Shown: positions 19,254 through 27,600 of the stretch, piece after piece
Numbering within the stretch: position 1 is the stretch's first letter
Layout of the letters: each line of letters opens with the position of its first letter
DNA from: Candidatus Nanohaloarchaea archaeon
Lineage (GTDB): Archaea; Nanohalarchaeota; Nanosalinia; Nanosalinales; Nanosalinaceae
DNA: 59,353 bases
Direction of reading: 5' to 3'
NCBI GenBank assembly: GCA_047617745.1
Contig: JBLGBN010000003.1
Span: 1-59,353 of the forward strand
Translations under genes and position numbers: made by a program
The notes under the pieces: model-generated
What the model was told of the DNA's origin: nothing
What the model saw: only the letters and a program-made list of their open reading frames with translations
Databases searched by the model: none

Positions 19254-19601
19254 CTAGAAACGCGTAGAAGTCACCCTTTCCGTGTTCCCGCAGTCCGCGC
19301 ATTCGTACATCAGGAAATTGTCTTCATCTCCTCTCGCTGCAGGGAACTCGTGCTGTATCGCTCTGTCGTGTTCGCAGTCACTGAATTCGTAATCTTTCAG
19401 AGCATCTTCATCGTATCTTTCAAATATCTCTGTAATCCCTTCCTCTTCCTGGTCTGATTCAAGCGTCCATTCAATTCCGAGCTCTACATCAGCGAACTCA
19501 TCACAGTCCTCGCAGTACCCTATAGAGGCCTCTCGCCCGTCTTCTGTCTCGACGGTTTCTCTTTCAAGTAAGGCTCCACAGTCTTCATGGAAAAGACTCA
19601 A
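19254..19601 (-). CDS. TFS/RPB9-like double zinc-ribbon protein
   Basis: N-terminal HxxC..CxxC ribbon; C-terminal C.H...ARGDED..MYECADCG, matching the TFS RSADE...CxxCG pattern. TTG start overlaps the kinase stop. Confidence 0.7.
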   Translation of the reverse strand: MSLFHEDCGALLERETVETEDGREASIGYCEDCDEFADVELGIEWTLESDQEEEGITEIFERYDEDALKDYEFSDCEHDRAIQHEFPAARGDEDNFLMYECADCGNTERVTSTRF

Positions 19602-20179
19602 ATCAGATCAGCCTCCATCATAATATTCTCTACGACGTTTTCCACGCCATTAATAGCCTCTATCCTGGTCATATCGTATCTTTCTACTGCTTCTTCGTAC
19701 TCCTTTTCTGCCTTTTGCGGTCCTAAAACATCTGCATCTTTCCCGTCTGATCCAGTCTCAACCCTCCCTGATTTTCTCTCAACTCTAGTCTGCCGGTCCG
19801 TCCATAGATAGAACATATGATCCGGCTCAATAAGATCAAACTCTTCTACTGCCTCGTACCATCGCCCCGAATCTTTTTCGTCCAGTTCGTTGTAAACTAC
19901 AGTAGTTGGATAGTAGCGATCCAGTACGACATCTCCGCCTTCGGAGAGATGAGCTTCCACCTGATCGCTGACAGCCGAGTTAGAGGCCATGTACATCAGG
20001 AACTGTGTCTGATTGCTGTGTTTAGGCCTGTCAACGTATTCCCTGATCTCTGAAATCCCGGGTCCTGGACTCTCCATGAATACTGCGTCGATTTCTTCCG
20101 CGAAGGCCTCTGCCACGCTTGATTTTCCGACTCCGTCAAGGCCTTCGAATACGAAAAAGTTTCCAGAATCCTGACTCAT
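19598..20179 (-). CDS. tmk: thymidylate kinase family, CMPK2-like
   Basis: FEGLDGVGKS P-loop and VVLDRY motif. Confidence 0.85.
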   Translation of the reverse strand: MSQDSGNFFVFEGLDGVGKSSVAEAFAEEIDAVFMESPGPGISEIREYVDRPKHSNQTQFLMYMASNSAVSDQVEAHLSEGGDVVLDRYYPTTVVYNELDEKDSGRWYEAVEEFDLIEPDHMFYLWTDRQTRVERKSGRVETGSDGKDADVLGPQKAEKEYEEAVERYDMTRIEAINGVENVVENIMMEADLI

Positions 20180-20230
20180 ATCAAGTCAACTTGACTTGAG
20201 CTTTATATATTTAAGTCAAGCCGGATTGAC
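20180..20230 (-). promoter_or_regulatory. promoter of the kinase-RNR operon with three TCAA-N6-TTGA operator sites
   Basis: TATA box at 20202-20209. Sites at 20181-20194, 20186-20199 and 20216-20229. The first two form the perfect palindrome TCAAGTCAA-C-TTGACTTGA. Confidence 0.7.
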
Positions 20231-20257
20231 CAAACTTCTTTGAGAAACATCTGTAAA

Positions 20258-20947
20258 CTACTCAAAATTAAGTGATTCGAGCCCGAACTCTCCTTCTTCA
20301 TTCTCTGATATGCTCCATTCTCCGAAGAACCTGGAGTCGTTGTCTCTGGCTTTCCTTATTATATCTTCAAGTCCAGGGATGATATTGAGTTCATCTAGCT
20401 CTTCTATATCGTAGAAGTCATCACTTTCTTGTTTAGAGGCCTCTATTACAGTGAAGAAGGCCATGTAGTGCTGTGAAAATCCTTCTGAGAACTTGATATT
20501 GTTCCTCATAACGCCTCTGATCTCTGATTCTGGCGATTTCTCCCCGAACTCTTTCTCGAATGCTTCTTCAGCTGATCTCTTGTTTGATTCGTTTTTTTCA
20601 GTTCTTAAAACAGGGCCTCTGTAAGCACCTGGAAACGGATCAAGAGGATCTTCACGTTTCTTCAGGTAAACCTTGTCTTTGTCAAAGATGAAGACATGAT
20701 TGATTATAAGCGGCTGTCTGATCTGCTTGTGTTCAAGGTAGGCCAGATAATTCTTTCCCTCGGCTGTAGTTGAATATTTCTGCTCTTCCTTCACTATAAG
20801 TTCTTTATCTTGGAGTTTGTTCAGATGGAATGAAATTTTGTTACTGCTTTCGTTTCCCTGGAGCTCTGAGAATCTTAATTTATTTCTGTAGCCGAGTTTC
20901 TCAAGTATCGATCTCTGTATTTTATGCAGATCAATTTTTTCCATCAT
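20258..20947 (-). CDS. winged-HTH plus degenerate Nudix-domain transcriptional regulator
   Basis: LRFSELQ....NKISFHLNKL....LI.K....Y..T.EG ArsR/HxlR-like wHTH; Nudix-like KREDPLDPFPGAY...E......EEAFEKEFGE. Confidence 0.75.
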   Translation of the reverse strand: MMEKIDLHKIQRSILEKLGYRNKLRFSELQGNESSNKISFHLNKLQDKELIVKEEQKYSTTAEGKNYLAYLEHKQIRQPLIINHVFIFDKDKVYLKKREDPLDPFPGAYRGPVLRTEKNESNKRSAEEAFEKEFGEKSPESEIRGVMRNNIKFSEGFSQHYMAFFTVIEASKQESDDFYDIEELDELNIIPGLEDIIRKARDNDSRFFGEWSISENEEGEFGLESLNFE

Positions 20948-22218
20948 TAAACACCTTGATTATTATTTTGTAATGCATTAAAAAGAGCTTTACTGTTGAT
21001 TTTTGAATCCAGATCTTCAAATTTTTCAGCAAGTCTATCTGACGGTGCTTTCTCACTCTCTACTCTGTCAACAAGCAGATCCAGATACTCTCCATCCTTT
21101 ATATTGTTTAATTCAAGGCCTTTTCTCGCCTTCTCTATCTCATCCAGAAGAAGATGGGAGGCCTCTTTTTTAACTCCTTCAGGGCTGTAAAGCATGGAAT
21201 CAAATCCATCTCTCAGTGCATTTTCCCTGTTCTCATTCACTTTTTCAATATCAAGAAGTTCTTCACTGTGGTGCTGTGCATACAGTAAACGTCCTATACA
21301 GAAGGCATGGACTGCAACGTCTTCAATTATAGAGGGCTGAGTTGAAGCTATACGTGACTCCACAACTAGATCATCTCCAATAAACTTTATTCTTGAATCC
21401 TTCCAGAAACGCGACACACTATCAGAAATAAGTTTTTCCTCTCTCCCCAGGATAAACGGCCAGGAACCGACTCTATCCAGATAATCTTCCATATCCAAAT
21501 AATAAGTTTCCAGGCGTCCTATCTGCTTATCCTCGGTGTTGTGAGATTTACTCCAGAGTATCATTCTCAGATCTGAGAGACCTGTGTCTTTCCTTTCAAG
21601 AAAACGGGCATTTCCAGAAAGAGCTGAGATATAAGGGCTTATCATATAAACGTAGTTGGCTTTCTCAACTGCATCATCAAAATCAGAGGCCTCTAAGTTC
21701 GTATGGATGGCAGATATAAGGCTTACAGATTTAGAATCGCCTATATCCGCTTTACTTTTTTCTCCAATCAATTCGTTTCTTTCTACATTATAGTAATCGT
21801 TTATCTGTCTGAAGAACTTTTTACTGCTCAACTTCAACTTATCAAGAGGCCTGAAAACGTTTGTACCTGATCTTATTACTTCAAGATTGTTTTCATCGGC
21901 TCTGGCCTCAATTTTATTTTCCTCTGATTTAATAGAACTCCTTAAGTCTTCAAAAGAACCTAAATTAACTGGCTCTGTGGCTATTTCCACAGAATCTATT
22001 CCCAGTTCTTTTTTAGCTCTATCAAACTCTTTTATTGTATTGTCTCTTTTGTTTTCATCTTCAATAATAGTAATATCGTCGTTTAAGAGAAAGTACTCTG
22101 TCTCTACTCCTGCCCTGATTCTTTCCCTGTCTTTACTGAATCTATCTTCGTTATCCATTATTTCATCTGCCTTGTTCTCAAAAACAGATTTGATCAAATC
22201 ACTTTTTTCTGATCTCAC
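20947..22218 (-). CDS. glutamate-cysteine ligase family 2 (GCS2/YbdK-like carboxylate-amine ligase)
   Basis: AGVETEYFLL, KELGIDSVEIATEP, SAIHTNL, ALSGNA, WKDSRIK and VVESR. GTG start; TAATG overlap with the regulator. Confidence 0.75.
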   Translation of the reverse strand: MRSEKSDLIKSVFENKADEIMDNEDRFSKDRERIRAGVETEYFLLNDDITIIEDENKRDNTIKEFDRAKKELGIDSVEIATEPVNLGSFEDLRSSIKSEENKIEARADENNLEVIRSGTNVFRPLDKLKLSSKKFFRQINDYYNVERNELIGEKSKADIGDSKSVSLISAIHTNLEASDFDDAVEKANYVYMISPYISALSGNARFLERKDTGLSDLRMILWSKSHNTEDKQIGRLETYYLDMEDYLDRVGSWPFILGREEKLISDSVSRFWKDSRIKFIGDDLVVESRIASTQPSIIEDVAVHAFCIGRLLYAQHHSEELLDIEKVNENRENALRDGFDSMLYSPEGVKKEASHLLLDEIEKARKGLELNNIKDGEYLDLLVDRVESEKAPSDRLAEKFEDLDSKINSKALFNALQNNNQGV

Positions 22219-22224
22219 TTTTTA

Positions 22225-22248
22225 GTCAAGTCCTGTTGATATTTAAAA
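22225..22248 (-). promoter_or_regulatory. TCAA-N6-TTGA operator and TATA box of the GCS2-regulator operon
   Basis: GTCAA-gtcctg-TTGAT (22225-22240) lies between the TTTAAAT box and the start codon. Confidence 0.65.
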
Positions 22249-22467
22249 AGATGTCTGTATCTGGTTGAGGATTTTCTTCTGACTGTTCCAGTAGCTGCAT
22301 CATGCCTTAACGTGTTAAAGGATCTTGATGTAATAGAGGTCCGTACGCAGTCATCCTCTCCTGACAGATATATGCCTGAAACAGTTGACATGGAAAAATC
22401 GAGGAATAGGCAAGATATTGAGAGAAAACAAAGAAATACAGGAATTTAAATAAAAAGAAAAATAAGC

Positions 22468-23037
22468 TTGTCTGGGTTCATAATAATTTTAATCTTCATA
22501 AAAGTAACAGTTTTTTTACGAGCCACAAACATCACTAAGAAATGTTCAGAAAAAAAGTTCTTCATATCAACAGTACTCTCTATCCCCGTACTTTACTTCT
22601 CAACCTTTGTTTCAGGCCTGTTAAAATACAGTCCGATACAGTTCACAGGCAGTAACTTTATCGTGCCTGTATTTTCCGTTGTAATTTTTATCTACGGAGG
22701 ACTGCCGTTCCTGAAGATGGCGAAAGGAGAACTCGAAGACAAGAAGCCGGGAATGATGGCTCTGATTTCACTCGCAATTATAGTGGCTTTCACATACAGT
22801 ATAGCCTTGCTCTTTATTCCAGAGACCTCTTCACTTTTCTGGGAGCTCGTTACTTTAATTGATATAATGCTTCTCGGCCACTGGATCGAGATGAGAAGCG
22901 TGAGACAGGCCTCGTCCGCACTTGATGAATTAAAGGAGTTAGTGCCAAATACAGCGGAAAAGATAATCGAAGGCGATGCTGAATCTCGGGGAGAATCAGG
23001 CAGGGAGAGAACAACGAGGGAATTGCAGAGATTATAG
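22468..23037 (+). pseudogene. truncated heavy-metal P1B-type ATPase (CopB-like N-terminal TM region)
   Basis: YGGLPFL, KPGMMALISLAI and FWELVTLIDIMLLGHWIEMRSV; ends before the actuator/P domains. Confidence 0.8.
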
Positions 23038-23288
23038 GATTAGTTTTCCTCTAACCTTCTTAATTATTTTCTTAAGAATTGTCTACCTAAGAAGACATTA
23101 GACCTTTCGGAGTTCACCATTTCAAATGTGAGATTTGGAACTCAGCATTCCAAGCTCAGAAAGGGGCTTTCATTAGTTTTGTTCAAATTTTCCTGCTTAA
23201 ATGAATCTTCCTTCTTTGCTTGGTTTTTTATCTCAGCCACTTCAACATTTAAGTTTTAATCAAGAAGTAACAAACAGGTGAAGATAAA

Positions 23289-23966
23289 ATGGAATACAGT
23301 TTGAACTTAGATGGGGGAGCTCTTGAAGATGCAAACGAGAAGATGTTAAATGGTGAAATACCAGAACCGAGTGAAATGCCGAGTAGAGAGAACCCTGAGG
23401 AATATAGTACTCATATTTACAAGACGACGTTTGAGGACGCAGGTATGGAAAGAGAACCATTCAGGAGAGTGTTCGAAGAGTTCGATCAGAGAGAAGAGTT
23501 TAGTTTTGATGGAGAAAATCCTGTGGAAGCTCTAAATAACGAAGTTGAACGCAGAGATGAACATCCGACAGACTGGCAATCTTATAATTCTGGAGATGAA
23601 GTATTTATCGCGACAGAAATGCCCGGAGTAAATGGGAATCTCTGGAGCGAGTACGGCCCGCTTTCTGCTTTAGACGACGCGGCAGTATTTTCTGCTCCTG
23701 CCTCGATATATGTTGATGTAGGGGGAGAAAAAGTAGTTAATTCGATAGCGAGTATCACGGAACAGACTGGTGCACCATATCTTGAATCTAATCCGGAAGC
23801 GGTCCAATATGAAGAGGGAGGTGATATCTTCACAGGATGGTTCACGGTTCCACCTACTTATACGGAAGAAAAACTTGAAGAGAGCGTAGACGCCTGGGTG
23901 GACCGAGTTAGCCAAGTCAGCGAACTTCAAGAAGACTTGATAGAAGTTATGGATAGGCATCCATAA
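23289..23966 (+). CDS. hypothetical protein
   Basis: 225-aa acidic ORF, AGGTGA SD. Confidence 0.75.
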   Translation: MEYSLNLDGGALEDANEKMLNGEIPEPSEMPSRENPEEYSTHIYKTTFEDAGMEREPFRRVFEEFDQREEFSFDGENPVEALNNEVERRDEHPTDWQSYNSGDEVFIATEMPGVNGNLWSEYGPLSALDDAAVFSAPASIYVDVGGEKVVNSIASITEQTGAPYLESNPEAVQYEEGGDIFTGWFTVPPTYTEEKLEESVDAWVDRVSQVSELQEDLIEVMDRHP

Positions 23967-24038
23967 CATCCTCTTTCTTTTAATCTCCTAAATCAATGCA
24001 GCAAAACTATTTAATCGTTACTAGTAGGTAACATCTTT

Positions 24039-24590
24039 ATGTCCGAAGAGGTTACTGTTGATGAGGCTTTAGATGCCCTAGTTGAAGATGGAGAAAAAAT
24101 AGTCACAGAAGAAGATCAGAGTCTTCCACGACTAAAATTTGCATTTCAGAATTATGAGGACCTCCCTCGATACAAAGCACTGTTTTCAGGTGAAAGAAAA
24201 AAGAGATATGAGAAATGGAAAGTTGATGAAGCTTTAACTGACCTTCGAAGCGCAGTTGGTTCTTGGGCTGAAGAAAATGGCTATGAACTACGTGATGGTT
24301 TAACCGAGGTTTTCGATGAACCTATTGATGAACAATTAATTGCTAACCTCGAAGGTGAAATAAATACCGAAGAAGAAAACATAGAGTTTGGTTTTTACGG
24401 AGGCCAGAAAATAATAACACTATCCACCAACCCTTCAACCCACACAGATAATCCTGGAATGGCAATAACAGCTCACTACGATAATTTTAACGGAAACATG
24501 ACAGAAGAATACAGAGAACTTAACGCGATAACTGAAGCTGTCCTGTCTAAATATGGGCGAATAGTGAAAAGTGAACCCGACTGTCTGTGA
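24039..24590 (+). CDS. hypothetical protein
   Basis: 183-aa acidic ORF. Confidence 0.7.
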   Translation: MSEEVTVDEALDALVEDGEKIVTEEDQSLPRLKFAFQNYEDLPRYKALFSGERKKRYEKWKVDEALTDLRSAVGSWAEENGYELRDGLTEVFDEPIDEQLIANLEGEINTEEENIEFGFYGGQKIITLSTNPSTHTDNPGMAITAHYDNFNGNMTEEYRELNAITEAVLSKYGRIVKSEPDCL

Positions 24591-24643
24591 ATGCCAATAA
24601 ATAACCGGCCCTGATTAAAAAGAGAGGATTCAAATCATAGTGT

Positions 24644-27600
24644 GTGGTAGTAAGGCTTCTAGGCGTAGAAACAGGTAAACTGATCAAGTACAGCGCACTG
24701 GCGTTAGTACTGATGATTTCAGTCAGTCTTTCCGCTGGGGCTAAACCTGTCTACGTAGGTCCTCATACAGTGGAACCTGAGATTAGTCCCCAGCCCTCTA
24801 TCTCAGGACTATCATTAAACTCTGCAGAAAGCCAGGAACAGAGACTAATTGTAAGTTTCGACAAAGTTCCGAACAAGACTGAGAGAGAAAGACTGGAGCA
24901 GGATAAAAACATAGAGTTTCTGAGCTACGCCTCAAACAAAGGGTGGATAGTTAAAGCCGAAAAAAGCAGCCTAAACAAGCTGGAGACGCTGGAAACAGTT
25001 CTGGTTGCGGATTACAGGCCTGAATACAAACTGGGGCAAGAAATGATGGAAAACGGCTTGATGAACAGGTCTCTTAACGGTGACGGAACTGCGAACCTGT
25101 CAGTTGAGTTCTTCGAAGACGTAACTAAGGGAAAACAGAGGCGCATAATTGAGAAGCACGGGAAAGTGGTTGAAGAGCCTGCTTTCGGCAACAGGTGGAA
25201 AATACGGACATCTTCAGATTCCTATATGGATTTAACCGAGGTTGGAGAGGTGAAGAGGATTGAAAACCGCAGAGCAGATATTCAGGCCTTAAACGACGTC
25301 AGCCGGGAGGTAATCTCGGCTAACCGGCTTCGCCAGAACCCCTTCAACCTGACCGGGAACGGCTTTACAGCTTCTATGTGGGACACCGGCTGGGCAGGTA
25401 ATCACACCGACCTCAGAAGCAAGACCACAATTGGAGATAGAGGTGCATGCGACAACTGTAAAGTGATGGAACACGCGACCCATGTCGCCGGTACAATGCT
25501 CGGAGCAGGCCATCTAAACCCGGATCTCAAAGGTGTCGCCCCTGAAGCAGACCTGATAAGCCATGAGTTCTACACAACCAATGCTTTCGCTGAAAACATG
25601 AACGAATCCATAAGACAGAACAACTCTATCCTCTCCCAGAACTCGTACGGAAAAAAGATTACTACAAGATCTGAAATGGGAGACTACGACCAGATCTCAG
25701 AGTTCTTCGACTACCTAGTCAGGGAAAACGCAAACGTCCCACGAACTACTGTAGTTTTTGCCGCTGGAAATGAGAGAACGCAGTGGAGCGTAGATTACAA
25801 TACGACCGCCAGTTTCGGTTCTACCGCGAAAAACACTATCACTGTTGGAGCAGTGGACGATAATTCTGACATGACTTCCTACTCTTCCTGGGGTCCTACA
25901 GATGACGGAAGGATTAAACCAGATGTGGTGGCGGATGGTGGTGGCTCAACCGGTTTGATCGAATCTACTATGCCAAATGGAACATCGGGCTACCCTTACG
26001 CCGGAAAGCCAGGAACTTCTATGGCCGCCCCGGCAGTCTCTGGAGCAGTAATACTGATAAATCAGCAGTTCAACAGGACACATGACCGTCTGCCGGAACC
26101 TGCGACAACCAAAGGATTGCTTATCCACACAGCAGAAGATCTACACAAGGAAGGGCCGGACTACCAGACCGGCTGGGGTCTTGTAAATGCAACCAGAGCA
26201 GTCAGATTTGTGAAAAATCTTGAAAACGACAGGATTAGAAGAAGTCACATAAGCTCTACAGGCGGGGAAAAATCCTACAGCTACGACCTGACAGAGGAAC
26301 GGGATATCAAGTTTACACTGGTATGGAGCGATTATCCAGCGAGCGCAGGGTCTGAAGATACTCTGGTCAACGATCTTGACCTCAACGTTACAGGTCCTAA
26401 CGGTGAGAGAAAGTACCCCTGGACCCTGGAAGGATACTCAAACCCTGACTCAGCAGCCTCTAAAGACAGTGAGGATCACACCAACAATGTAGAACAGGTA
26501 CATATCGAAAATGCAACACCTGGAACCTACCGGGTTGAGGTAGAAGGCAATGAAGTACCACACAACCAGACGTTTTCGCTCGTAGCAACCGATACTGTCC
26601 AGCCTCCGGAAGTAACGATCAGTGAGCCAGAGGGGGTGCTGAAAAAAGCCTGGCTGAACGTGTCCGCAGACAAAAACGTTACCGAGTGGAAATACCAGAT
26701 TAATGACGGCTCAAACACTACATTCACTCCGAACATAACCGTTAACAGCGTGGGAGGTGGAGACAATAATATAACTGTCTGGGCCAGAGGTGAGTTCGAC
26801 AACTGGGTCAGTGAAACCAGTCAGTTCAGACGGGATATCTATCCCCCACAGATCGATGATTTAACCCCTCAGAATAGCACATACCTGAGCGGAGAATTCC
26901 CTGTAAACATGTCTACTGTAGACGAGTTAACCAATGTAACAGACAGAAATTATGCTCTTGTCCAGGAGAACACTGAGCTTGAAACCGGGGAACCGAACAG
27001 CTCTGTAGATTCCAGCGCCTATCCGGACGGAAACTACACACTGGAACTGAATGCTACAGACTACTTCGGGAACACTAACGAAACCTTCCTAGAGGTGGCA
27101 TTCGACAACACACCGCCAGAAATCATGTTAGAAAGAGCCCAACTCAGGTATAAAGGAGGAAAAGAATTTATCAACGCCTCGGCGAGAGATTCTCGGAGCG
27201 GAGTTGAGAAAATTGATTACAGATGGCAGAAAAACGGGTCAAACCAGACAGCCTGGAGACCTGTTAACACAACATTTGATACAGAAAGTCTTCCAGAAGG
27301 CAAGTATAACCTGAGTTTCAGAGGAGTTGATACAGCCGGGAACATCAATAGCTCTGTGAAAACAGTCTCATATATAGACAACAGTAAGCCGGTATCAACC
27401 CGGAAACTTAACCTCACAGAGTCCAATTTATCAAAGGCGGTAACACGTGAGGAGAAAGTTGTCAACTTCACCGAAATAGGTCTCAACTGGAGCTCACCGG
27501 ACAGCAGTTTAACCGATAACCTGTCCGGAATTAGCCATCTCCAGATAGAGAAGAGGAACAGGGTTTTCAACCAATCAACCGGCGAATTCGAACCTGTATC

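Larger units (their letters stand above)
14495..23280. mobile_element. putative degraded genomic island at tRNA-Thr
   Basis: Starts right after the tRNA; pseudogenes at both ends; AT-richer segments; accessory operon inside. No integrase or att repeat seen, so the right boundary is approximate. Confidence 0.5.

Noticed and set aside
23040..23290. attR duplicate of the tRNA-Thr 3' end
   Set aside because: I found no convincing copy of GGTTCAAATCTCGGACGGGGC by eye; only a short TTCAAAT match.
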